From: Guillardia theta CCMP2712
Taxonomy: Eukaryota > Protista > Cryptophyta
NCBI RefSeq assembly: GCF_000315625.1
Contig: NW_005434561.1
Location: forward strand, 124,001-188,000
Reading direction: 5' to 3'
DNA: 64,000 bases
The notes below the pieces were generated by a model, which saw nothing but the letters and a program-made list of their open reading frames with translations, was not told the origin of the DNA and did not search any database. The position numbers and the translations under genes are program-made. How positions within the stretch are numbered: position 1 is the first letter of the stretch; each line of letters starts with the position of its first letter. This document shows, piece by piece, positions 22,887 through 32,209 of the stretch.

Positions 22887-24338
22887 ATGGCCGAATCGAG
22901 TTCCCAGTACCTACCCACAAACCTCAGATGGAGGATTTCGAGCCTTCAAAATATGTCGAAGGTCAAAATCCAGGTCATCCCTCAGACGCCTTCCACTGTG
23001 AAGCCAGGGCAGAAGCTACAGGTGACATTGCCTTATAGCTCGTTGCTTGACCTGAGTACGTTTTCGATGGAATTTACAGGGGAGACCGTGGATGGGGTTC
23101 TTGGCAAGACCGGGGGCTCTTACTACAATACCCTCCGCTTTCCTAGGAATACCTTCTCGCTGATTGACAGCCTTATGATTAAGTTCAATAATGTTGTGGT
23201 TCAAAATATTACCGATTATAATGTCGTTCAAAACATACTATTCGATATCGTCTCGAACAACCAGGACGCAGACGGTCGTATGAATTGCTCTATGTTGAAC
23301 AACGACCCAAGCGTAAAAGTAGCCGGCGATTATCGATACATTGGCTGTGGGCCAATCAGCACTACCCTCGTCGATGGCACCACTGCTCTGGACGCATCGG
23401 ACGATATCTGTAAGGACAGGGCCAACTACTATATTAAGAACTGGCTGGGCATCCTCCAGCAGGGCAACGTGAATATTATCGACACAAGTCTGGTCGGGAC
23501 TATCCAGATTACCATTGGATTTGCCTCAGCGGCTGTGTTGGCTAAGAGCTACCCCAACGCTACAGATGAAACCACATACCCAAGCCCTGACTACACCCTG
23601 AGCGACATCAAGTTCAATATGACTAAAATCAATATGCCGTCGTGGTGGTATGAGGGCATGAGAACTCAGCTAATGAACGGGACAACCTATTCATTGTATT
23701 TCCCGCATTACAATGTCTTCACGGGCCAGTCGAACCCGAGCAAGAGTCAGACCACTAGATTTACCATCGCTTCAGACAGTCTGGATTACGTTCTCGGAAC
23801 TTTTATCCCAAGTGACTACACCGACACTACCAAACTCAAGACCTTCGGCGATTCGACTAATAATAAAGACAAAACCATCGATGCTGTCATATCGGGAGGC
23901 AAAGGTTCTTCTCAGAATCAGAGCCGATATTTCCGGCGAAACGGTGACAATTTGCTGAGCTCTCAATGGACGCTTGGCAGTGAGAAGTTGCCCCAGGTCC
24001 CGAATACCCTCACGGGCTGTGTCCAGTCTGTGGTGGAGGCGTTCAACCTCCACCAATCAGCAGACGGCGGATTTTATAAGGGCTGTACTGACATTGAGAT
24101 GTTTTCAACATTTTTCTTTGCCGATATTTTGAGTCTCCAACACGTCGGAGATACGAGCGGAATTATGCTGGTTTCGGGCCTAGACACAAGGCAGCTCCCA
24201 ATAATCGTCGAATGGTCCACAAGAGATGTTGGAACAACTACTTATTCGACTTCAAGTCAATATTGGACACCATTCATCATCGCCGCAGAGACCCGCAAAT
24301 GCGATATCAGTGCCGGAAACAGTGTGAGCATCAATTAA
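22887..24338 (+). CDS. Major capsid protein (double jelly-roll, PLV type)
   Basis: 483 aa; LPTNLRW...VKPGQKLQVTLPYSSLLDLSTF...FPRNTFSLIDSLMIKFNNVVVQNITDYN...SGLDTR pattern resembles PLV MCPs; located in a cluster with ATPase and mCP. Confidence 0.82.
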   Translation: MAESSSQYLPTNLRWRISSLQNMSKVKIQVIPQTPSTVKPGQKLQVTLPYSSLLDLSTFSMEFTGETVDGVLGKTGGSYYNTLRFPRNTFSLIDSLMIKFNNVVVQNITDYNVVQNILFDIVSNNQDADGRMNCSMLNNDPSVKVAGDYRYIGCGPISTTLVDGTTALDASDDICKDRANYYIKNWLGILQQGNVNIIDTSLVGTIQITIGFASAAVLAKSYPNATDETTYPSPDYTLSDIKFNMTKINMPSWWYEGMRTQLMNGTTYSLYFPHYNVFTGQSNPSKSQTTRFTIASDSLDYVLGTFIPSDYTDTTKLKTFGDSTNNKDKTIDAVISGGKGSSQNQSRYFRRNGDNLLSSQWTLGSEKLPQVPNTLTGCVQSVVEAFNLHQSADGGFYKGCTDIEMFSTFFFADILSLQHVGDTSGIMLVSGLDTRQLPIIVEWSTRDVGTTTYSTSSQYWTPFIIAAETRKCDISAGNSVSIN

Positions 24339-24367
24339 ACTAAAAATATACACTGATAGTAAAGAAC

Positions 24368-24709
24368 ATGTTTTTGCCACCGACCACAGTCAAAGCCGGC
24401 ATCAATAGGCATTTGAGCTTCCAGCAAATCGACAAGGATACCGACCACCATAAATGCTACAATCCAATTAAGCCAAATGACGATACTTATAAGCTCCCAT
24501 ATCCAACGTCGAGCATCTACTATTTACAACACGAGACGGCTTTCAAGCCTGATATTTACAACTCAAAGAGCTCATATGAGCCTCTTAATCATGATGACTG
24601 GTATCCAATGTATGCGGACAAGCTGCCAGATAGAAGGATGAACGTGATGTACCAGATGACGCCTATCTCTGAGATACCAAGGATGCCCATCAAGGTACAT
24701 CGGCCATAA
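24368..24709 (+). CDS. PLV hypothetical protein
   Basis: 113-aa ATG ORF tightly packed after MCP. Confidence 0.6.
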   Translation: MFLPPTTVKAGINRHLSFQQIDKDTDHHKCYNPIKPNDDTYKLPYPTSSIYYLQHETAFKPDIYNSKSSYEPLNHDDWYPMYADKLPDRRMNVMYQMTPISEIPRMPIKVHRP

Positions 24710-24743
24710 TTCAGTGTTTTTATTTTCTTATTCTTCTTGTAAA

Positions 24744-25301
24744 ATGGGAAGAAAGCCTAAGGTACAGGTTGAAGAATCAGATGTTGAACAACCGGCGAAG
24801 GTTGTCAAACCAAAAAAGGAGTGCTCACCCGAGCTGCTCGAACGACTAGCACAGATGAGAATCAAGGCAGAGGAAGCACGCAAGGCCAAGGCTAAGCTGA
24901 ACGCAAAAAGCAAAGTTAATAAGATGATTAAGATGGAGGCCTTAAAGCAGGACGCCCAAGAGTTCGACAGGATTGTTGAGAGGGTCACAAAGCCAGAGGT
25001 AAAGTCGGAGCCAGAAGTCCCTAAACCAGCTCCCGAGCCAGTCCCCGAACCAGCCCCTAAGGCCGCGCCTAAGAAAAAGATAAAAAAAATCATATATGAG
25101 GAGGATGATGACAGCGATGAGTATGAGGAGGTGGTGGTCAGGAGAAGACGTGACAGAGCCCCCAGAGTGGCAACCCATTATGACGACGAAAGAGAGATTG
25201 GAGCACTAGCAAAGCAGGCAGTTAATCAACAGCTAAGGCAAAGGGTGAATCAGGAGCGCGCTAAGTATATAAGTAACCTGTTGGCTCCTGAATATTACTA
25301 A
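24744..25301 (+). CDS. PLV Lys/Glu/Pro-rich helical protein (possible DNA-binding/core protein)
   Basis: ATG at 24744 (MGRKPK); basic patches, EPxPEP repeats and an acidic tract. Confidence 0.65.
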   Translation: MGRKPKVQVEESDVEQPAKVVKPKKECSPELLERLAQMRIKAEEARKAKAKLNAKSKVNKMIKMEALKQDAQEFDRIVERVTKPEVKSEPEVPKPAPEPVPEPAPKAAPKKKIKKIIYEEDDDSDEYEEVVVRRRRDRAPRVATHYDDEREIGALAKQAVNQQLRQRVNQERAKYISNLLAPEYY

Positions 25302-25332
25302 TATCAAGTTATAATAAATTGACAGTCAAAAA

Positions 25333-26250
25333 ATGGAGGTACAAGAGCACCAGATAGATGGTATGAACAATAAGCCTAAGCCATATCGGAAGGCCAAGTT
25401 CCCAGAGAGCGACAACATATATCTTCCCAAAGTGTTCTTCTCAATGCTCAGCGTAGCCCAGAAGAACAGCGGAAAGACCTTCAACATTTGTAAGCTGTTC
25501 CATCACTTTGAAAAATGGCCACTTAAAGACCCAGAGGATGGCGAGATAGTGCCTATTCGTGTCGTATGGTTCAGCCCAACCACCACATCGGCAAACAATA
25601 GCATTCTCGAAACCTTGTCACAGCTCGATAGAGAGAATGATATCGTTGATGAGTATGAGGACCACAAGCTCCAAGAGAGGATTGATGAGGTTGAGACCAT
25701 TCGCCAGGAGGTCCAAGAATACCAGGAGTACTTAAGGGCATATAAGAAATGGATGAAGGTGGGAGAGAATAAACTGGATTTCGATGACCTCTTGACGCTT
25801 GAAAAACACAACTTTGAGCATCCTAAGGATGTTTTCGGAGATATGAAGTACAAGAAGGTCCCTTGTACCGTTTTTGTGTTTGACGACCTGGCTGGGACGA
25901 AGGCCTTTAAGAATGGCAGGAGCGTGTTGAACAAGTTCTTGATTGCCCATCGTCATACGAGCGGGGGAATCAATGTCATCTTCACAACACAGAACATGAG
26001 GAGCATACCCCCGATTCTAAGGCGAAATATGGATATATATGTAATGTTCAAGAATATGAACAAGAAGCACGTCGTTGAAACATTATATGAGGAGGTCAGC
26101 GGGTTGCTGAAGCTCGAAGAGTTCGAAGCATTATATGAACATTGTATGAGTCAGGAATACGGATGTCTCATAGTCGATAACCACCCTCGGTGTGTTAAGA
26201 GTGCTCGATTTAAGAATGGGTGGGATAAGGTCCTTGAGATAAAAAAATAA
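25333..26250 (+). CDS. DNA packaging ATPase (A32/FtsK-HerA family)
   Basis: Walker A VAQKNSGKT, Walker B VFVFDD, HRH arginine-finger region, TTQ sensor, IPPILRRN. Confidence 0.9.
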   Translation: MEVQEHQIDGMNNKPKPYRKAKFPESDNIYLPKVFFSMLSVAQKNSGKTFNICKLFHHFEKWPLKDPEDGEIVPIRVVWFSPTTTSANNSILETLSQLDRENDIVDEYEDHKLQERIDEVETIRQEVQEYQEYLRAYKKWMKVGENKLDFDDLLTLEKHNFEHPKDVFGDMKYKKVPCTVFVFDDLAGTKAFKNGRSVLNKFLIAHRHTSGGINVIFTTQNMRSIPPILRRNMDIYVMFKNMNKKHVVETLYEEVSGLLKLEEFEALYEHCMSQEYGCLIVDNHPRCVKSARFKNGWDKVLEIKK

Positions 26251-26268
26251 TGTTGCTATTTGGTAGCA

Positions 26269-26658
26269 ATGAACAAAAATAACGGCGCCGTCGGGGGGCG
26301 CGACCCCCGAGAGGAACTACAAGAGCAGCTTGTGGCTGTTGAGGAGGTGGAAGAGACCCCACAAGATAGGGCACATAAAGAGGCCTTGAATCTTGTCCAG
26401 GAACTTAAAGGGCAATACCCAGAAATACCCGAGACTCTGCTCTATACAGCCGCTATCGATTTCGTCCTCTATCCTGACAAAACCAAAGAGGACTTTGAGC
26501 GGGATTATGAGGCTGTCGAAAGGGCTAATGCCATGAAGGCTGAGGCAGACGCTGTGCCTACTACGTTCTACGGAGTCAAGGTTCTTGATGCCAATGATAA
26601 CGAGGTCATTAAAAATATCTTACCAGAGGTTAAAGATGCCCAAACTGTTCAAGGTTAA
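26269..26658 (+). CDS. PLV acidic hypothetical protein
   Basis: ATG at 26269 (MNKNN); fills the gap between the ATPase and the next ORF. Confidence 0.6.
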   Translation: MNKNNGAVGGRDPREELQEQLVAVEEVEETPQDRAHKEALNLVQELKGQYPEIPETLLYTAAIDFVLYPDKTKEDFERDYEAVERANAMKAEADAVPTTFYGVKVLDANDNEVIKNILPEVKDAQTVQG

Positions 26659-27262
26659 GAAGCTTTACCATATATTCCTCAATCTGGATGATAGTGAAGA
26701 GGCTATCAAGGCTCAAGCTTATATTGATACTAATCCTAGCGACACTGAGCTTGTGAATTATTTCAAGAATATCAAAACGCTATCTTGGAAGCTGACGAAT
26801 ATTGAGCCACAGCTGCTCTCAGAGAATGCTCGTATTGTCCTTGATTCCTACACGGTACGTCGAGTTCAAAGATTGTCAGATATGAACCTCTACACAAGCG
26901 ACCTTAACGTCGATGGTATGGCCTATGAATCGATGAACAACAATATGTATGGCACAATCCTGATGAGCCTAAGGAAGGATTACCTGGGGGTCAATGTAGC
27001 AGCTGACCCGACACAGACGGTCGATTTCATCTATAGCAACACTAACCATGAGTTCTCAAGCAATTGGAAGGCCAAGCCGAATATGCTCCAAAACAACCAA
27101 TACTTCCGGCTTTATATCGATGGCGGAAACCTTGGGCATATCTCCGAGTTGAAGATAAAGCTTATCGTCTATGACGAGGTACTTAAGACCCAGGAAGACA
27201 CCGATATGTGGAGCGACGAGCAGGTCATAAGTGGTAAGACACCAGCTAATTTTTATAAATAG
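26636..27262 (+). CDS. PLV hypothetical protein, possibly a second single jelly-roll/penton-like protein
   Basis: ATG at 26636 after TAAAG; beta-strand pattern (YHIFLNLDDS ... YFRLYIDG ... LKIKLIVYD) loosely echoing the adjacent mCP. Confidence 0.55.
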   Translation: MPKLFKVKKLYHIFLNLDDSEEAIKAQAYIDTNPSDTELVNYFKNIKTLSWKLTNIEPQLLSENARIVLDSYTVRRVQRLSDMNLYTSDLNVDGMAYESMNNNMYGTILMSLRKDYLGVNVAADPTQTVDFIYSNTNHEFSSNWKAKPNMLQNNQYFRLYIDGGNLGHISELKIKLIVYDEVLKTQEDTDMWSDEQVISGKTPANFYK

Positions 27263-27271
27263 AAAACTTAA

Positions 27272-28147
27272 ATGACAGATAGGACACATATCTTTATAAA
27301 CAGTAGGAACAGGCTTCCATATGAGAGCGCCAGCTCATACATCGTCAATCTCCCCAACGGGTTGATATATGGGGATGATAAGACACAGTATAGGCTAACC
27401 GTCAATTATTTCCAGGTGACTAATAGCTGGTACAACATACAAGATGGATATAACAACCAGTTCCAGATATCAACCGACAACTTCGTCGATAGTGTCATCG
27501 ACTTCTCGATAGACATCGGCAATCCATCCGTCTATGACCTCGATAATGAGCTCCAAACCAAGCTAAAGGACTATTTCACAGTCGCATATAATAGGAGCCT
27601 TAACAAATTCGTGTTTAGCAATACAACAGGTTCCACATTATACCTAAAGGTTATGAACTGCGGGCAGTTCATCGGCTTCTACAATGACCAGACATTCGAG
27701 GTGTTGGCCGGTGAAACGCTTGAGAGTGAGAAACCGGTTAATATGTTAGGGGATGAGCTCATCATCATGAGGGTCCGGGGTGATATCAGCTTTGAGAACA
27801 GCACCATCGAGAACATGACAACCGCCGAGTTCTACCCCTCGGACATTTTATTCACATTCCCCGTGAATGTTCCCCCATATAGCCTCATTACGTGGGAGAA
27901 CATAACTCAAACAAGATTTACCCATCTGATAAATAGCCAGTCGAAGAGCATCGACCAGTTCGTCCTTGAGGTTTGCAACGAAGATGGTCGAGTGATACCA
28001 CAATTCAGCGATTATATGTTACATCTGATGGTCGAGAGGGTGGTCGATAATAATGAGTTCAAGACAAACATATTGTCAATCCTTAATCAGGTGCTTGACT
28101 ATTTAAAGGAAATCTATATGCTTGTTGGCTCTTACTTCACACAATAA
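27272..28147 (+). CDS. Minor capsid protein (penton, single jelly-roll)
   Basis: HIFINSRNR...YIVNLP...TNSWYNI..NNQF...GNPS...ILFTFPVNVPPYSLITWEN...IDQFVLEVCNEDG..Y.LHL pattern of PLV/virophage pentons. Confidence 0.8.
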   Translation: MTDRTHIFINSRNRLPYESASSYIVNLPNGLIYGDDKTQYRLTVNYFQVTNSWYNIQDGYNNQFQISTDNFVDSVIDFSIDIGNPSVYDLDNELQTKLKDYFTVAYNRSLNKFVFSNTTGSTLYLKVMNCGQFIGFYNDQTFEVLAGETLESEKPVNMLGDELIIMRVRGDISFENSTIENMTTAEFYPSDILFTFPVNVPPYSLITWENITQTRFTHLINSQSKSIDQFVLEVCNEDGRVIPQFSDYMLHLMVERVVDNNEFKTNILSILNQVLDYLKEIYMLVGSYFTQ

Positions 28148-28171
28148 AAATATGTCTGGTATGATTAAAAG

Positions 28172-28405
28172 ATGATTTCAAAGCTTGGGAAGATGCTCAC
28201 ATTCACCCGTAAGCTGGGGCAGGGCTTACAACAGGCCAGGATGATAGGGTCTTATGCCAATAAAGTGATGGGAGGACGGCTTATGGCGCATCCGCTAGGA
28301 CAGCGTATCAATGATATCACAAAGGGAGCCCAGAGTGCGGTTGGAGTTGCTCAGGGAGCCCTTGAGAAGGCTCACTCTGTAGAACAGGGCATCCGAAGGC
28401 TCTAA
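28172..28405 (+). CDS. Small basic amphipathic-helix protein
   Basis: 77-aa ATG ORF, MISKLGKMLTFTRKLGQGLQQARMIG. Confidence 0.6.
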   Translation: MISKLGKMLTFTRKLGQGLQQARMIGSYANKVMGGRLMAHPLGQRINDITKGAQSAVGVAQGALEKAHSVEQGIRRL

Positions 28406-28586
28406 TTCTTTTTAAGCGTTATTCTTAGAATTGGAATGACTGAAAAAAAAATTGAAATTGTTAATATACATACAAAACAACAATTGGATGCCTTGACTCA
28501 TAGCATCAGGTTCGTAATGTCAAATGGCCGGTACATCACGGCCGATGGAAGGATAGAGGGTTTTGGATATTCTTTTAATATAGTAA

Positions 28587-29156
28587 ATGGCGATGCCAGA
28601 TAGTAATAACAGCCATGAGCTGTTTGAGAAATACCGACAGATGAGCAAGGTGATGAGCATCCTATGTAATAGAACAGGAGGATGGTATAACCTGTGGAAG
28701 AACATTTTGGTTATACCAATCATACTTATATCATCAAGTTTGGCCATATTGAATGGCTCTTTTACAGATGGAGAAATAAGGTATGTAAATATTTTATGTA
28801 ACAGCCTAGCGGCATGTTTAATGGCGATATCTTCACAGCTTAAAATAGCCGAGAAGGCTGTTATGTATTATGACCTCGGCAGCAAATTCAGCAAGCTTGA
28901 ACACAGCATAGAACAAGCTATCAGTATGTCCGAGACTAGCTCAGACCGTCTCAATGGTTTCATTCAGTCTTATGATAGCACTATGGAAAGTATAAATGGA
29001 ATACCAGAGTTTATTAAACAAAATATGAGTGCTATCATAGATAGATATAGATATATTCCTTATATACTACAAGGGTACTCTATGAATCATAGCGACAGTC
29101 CTATTCAAGGCGTTTCAAGTGAAAGCGCCGGAGAAAGTGCTCAAATCCCTTGGTGA
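28587..29156 (+). CDS. Two-transmembrane SLATT-like protein
   Basis: WYNLWKNILVIPIILISSSLAIL (TM1), TM2, then LKIAEKAVMYYDLGSKFSKLEHSIEQ helix: the SLATT layout seen in algal virus proteins. Confidence 0.65.
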   Translation: MAMPDSNNSHELFEKYRQMSKVMSILCNRTGGWYNLWKNILVIPIILISSSLAILNGSFTDGEIRYVNILCNSLAACLMAISSQLKIAEKAVMYYDLGSKFSKLEHSIEQAISMSETSSDRLNGFIQSYDSTMESINGIPEFIKQNMSAIIDRYRYIPYILQGYSMNHSDSPIQGVSSESAGESAQIPW

Positions 29157-29415
29157 TGGATGGATGTTCCCACAGTATCCATCTAGCGGCTGAGGCAGCT
29201 GTATCTGGGACAGACCAGTTCTCGCGACCGTTATTGTGTCTTGCTATATAGTATTTTTTGAGCTTATCGTTGTGGGTCTGTGTGAAATCCTCATAACGGT
29301 TGTCACCAAACTGAATTGTCTTTTGTTTTTGCTTATCTTTGTCATAGAGTACAAGCTGCCATTTCTTGTTCTTGGCTTGTGATGGTCTGAGAGAGGCATA
29401 CTTATATACACCCAT
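29101..29415 (-). CDS. Tlr6F-like protein
   Basis: S..KNKKW...IQFGDNRYEDFTQ.H.......YIARH...ENW....A...ARWILW signature. Confidence 0.85.
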   Translation of the reverse strand: MGVYKYASLRPSQAKNKKWQLVLYDKDKQKQKTIQFGDNRYEDFTQTHNDKLKKYYIARHNNGRENWSVPDTAASAARWILWEHPSITKGFEHFLRRFHLKRLE

Positions 29416-29468
29416 TTATTATTTCAAAAGAAAAAGGATAAGCCCCCCCTTCTTTCTCTTCTTTTTTC

Positions 29469-29605
29469 TTAGTAGTGAATGAACTAAGGATAAGGGGGGG
29501 TGAAAGATAAGGGGGGTATTTGGTAAGTGTTTGGACCTTTTTGAAAGATTTGTATAATACTTTTCAAACCCCCCCCTTATCCTTCACCCCCCCTTATCCT
29601 TAGTT
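29469..29605. promoter_or_regulatory. Internal copy of a TIR-borne palindromic G/C-tract module (candidate replication origin)
   Basis: Similar to 13554-13686 and 34697-34829; arms AACTAAGGATAAGGGGGGGTGAA / TTCACCCCCCCTTATCCTTAGTT; function is inferred only. Confidence 0.5.
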
Positions 29606-29701
29606 TTACTTATTCTAAAAAAGAAATATTATATTATCATTCTAGTCTTAAAAATATATAGTAACAACATAGTATAATATTAGGATAACCCCCCCCCCTC
29701 C

Positions 29702-31725
29702 CTAAGATTTCATCTTAATGCCACATAGGCACATCGCCTGGTTCCTGAAAGTGTTTTTTGCGTTCTTCTTGATGATATTATGGACGGTCTCGAAGTAGTC
29801 ACACATCACATCGTATATCATAGCCTGTTCATTATTGGAGACCGGTTTATTGTATTCTGATAAGAACATACTATAGATATATTGGGTTGGTATCCTGTTG
29901 TGGATGTCATCGACGTTCGTTATGTCGATAACTGGTAAGAACTTATGTTTAAGCCAATGCTGGAAGACTGCCACAATGTCATTGTCTTCCGTTTCGGTCT
30001 GGTTGTTCGAGGGTTCATCATCTTCCTCGTCGCTCTCCTCCTCCATCCTCATCTTACAATACAGGACATACTTCTCGTCTCTTGATATCACATAAGCGTT
30101 TTGTTCGAGTTTCCTCTTGACGTCCTGACGCGTCACATTCACGCTTATGCTAGCGTTCGATTTCAACCACTTCATAAATCTTGAATACAGGTTACTAATC
30201 AAGAGCTTGTTGTTTTTGTTAGAATCTTTCTTATCCAATGCTATCACCTCCTCGGTGAGGAACTGTCTAAATAGGTCGGTGTCCTTCTGGTATTGGTTCG
30301 TGTTGTACTGGACAGATTCGGGCACATCGAACTCCAATTCTGGATAAATCTTTTGAATGTTGTGGATGATGAGACTCATAAGATAGGCAGGGAACTTTTC
30401 AAGCTTTTTATCGATGTTAGGGTCTTTCTTGAAAAAGTTTTGTTTCTGATGTTGGCCGGTGGTTTGTCGCCGCTGTGGAAATATGCCTTATGTTGAATGA
30501 CCCTCATACGTCTCCACGTTCCGCCGTCATTGGCGGCGTTTAGAGGCACCTTAGGGAACTTATTACAACAGAGTATGAACTTGGCCATAAGCCGAAACTC
30601 AACCGGTGTCTTATACAACCCCCTCGCGGTTATCATATCATTGCCTGTGTATTCCTTTACAATGCCTACGTTGAAGACGTCGTCCTCGTCTGGTTCTGAT
30701 GTTGTAACCAATCGCGCGCCCTTCAATCGTTCGACCTCAGCACAGGCGGCATTTGATGCTGCCCTTTTCTGTGTGAAGAGTGCCACCGGTAACGTCTTGG
30801 CATAATCTCCAAATGCCTTTTGAAGCAAGCTCATAAATGTGCTCTTTCCATTCGCCCCTGAGTCACCCCAGAAGATGTTAAACTGTTCCATCTTGCCACA
30901 GCAGGCAGCCATCCCGAGGATGTTCATAACATACTCCTTGACGTCATCATCAGCATACACCTGTGATATATACCTCTCTAACTCTTTCTGGGTCTTGTCC
31001 TCTGGGTTGTACTCGATGTAATCATAGCGTGTTGAGAGGCTGATATAATCGGTAGGCTGTCCCTTCCTGAATACTCCTTTCTCGAAGTCATAGACACCGT
31101 TCTTGAATCCTAAGAGGTGCTCCTTTGTGTCTAGTTTCTCGATAAAGTAGTTGTCGCATAGGAGATATTTAACTTCCTTGATATAGTTGTCCTTCTTGCC
31201 GCTCTGCTTCAACAGTGTAATGATATTATCACACTGTGCGGACATCTTGGTATATCGTTCCTTCATTAAATCATCCTTCTCGTTCCTCATCTTCGCAACA
31301 TAGTGCTTCTTCCTGTTGCCGTAGAGACTAACAATGACGGTCGAGATGTTGTTTGAGAGGATGCTCTCGGTTGTCTCAATCCAACGATTGATGCTGTCCA
31401 TATAGACATACCATATGCGATTCCCTACATACTTGATAAGGGTATTGTTCATCACAATATCAGGGTATGCCTTGTCCTTGTAATCGATGATGTCGAGGTT
31501 GTAGTAGGAGGCAATGAGCACGGCGATGTCGAAGTCTGTGGGTTGTAAGAGTGAAGCGTCGATGAAATAGTTGAGTTCATCCATCTTCTCACTTGAGTGC
31601 TTGATGTGTATGAGCGAGCTATCGAATGACCTATCCACCCGGCTCAGTCGTTGCTTCTTGTCATCTTCGGACTCAACAACGATGTCATCATAGATATTAT
31701 CACAGATTCTTTCCTGAGGTGCCAT
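29702..31725 (-). CDS. D5-like superfamily 3 helicase, split by a frameshift near 30430-30475 (ORFs 30376-31725 and 29702-30379)
   Basis: D5_N (LLGFKNGVYDF..G.FR.G.P.DYIS.ST.YDY), Walker A GDSGANGKST, RLKGARLVTTSEPD, KEYTGND.ITARGLY, DGGTWRRMRVI; continuation FFKKDPNIDKKLEKFPAYLMSLII lies in the -1 frame. Confidence 0.88.
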
Positions 31726-31889
31726 TTATTTATAGCTGAGAAAATATTTTCCGGACCTTTACGAATATATACGCAACGTTTCCTTATATCCTTTTTCGGA
31801 CATTCATTTTTTCTCCGGACTTTCATTTTTTTGTTCAAACGTAAAATAGAGCCAATAAAGGCCCTTTATACATTTCTAGAAAAATAACA

Positions 31890-32120
31890 TCATATGCTCA
31901 CTTCTTGCTTATTTGCCTGCTCTGCTTTCTTCTTGTAATACCTCTCTCTTGCCCTTTTGAGCTCCTTCTGTCTATACTCTGGGTCGGTGTTGTACTTGAT
32001 GCTCTTGTATATCCTCAATCGCGCGCGCTCCTGTTCATAGAATTCTTTGTCATTAACAATCCTCTTTGCGTAATACTTGGATTGAGGACAAGAATATTGG
32101 GGGATGTTGATATTCTCCAT
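31890..32120 (-). CDS. Small basic helical protein
   Basis: 76-aa ATG ORF rich in K/R/Y/E (DPEYRQKELKRARERYYKKK). Confidence 0.6.
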   Translation of the reverse strand: MENINIPQYSCPQSKYYAKRIVNDKEFYEQERARLRIYKSIKYNTDPEYRQKELKRARERYYKKKAEQANKQEVSI

Positions 32121-32209
32121 TATTGGAACCTTTATTTTCAGTGTATATAATTATTCTCACCTTTATATCATTTTTTGAGCTTTTATGAAATATTGGTATG
32201 TCATAGGGG

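Noticed and set aside
31748-31822. Three TTYYCGGAC-like words upstream of the helicase
   Set aside because: Too short and few to support a regulatory claim without comparative data
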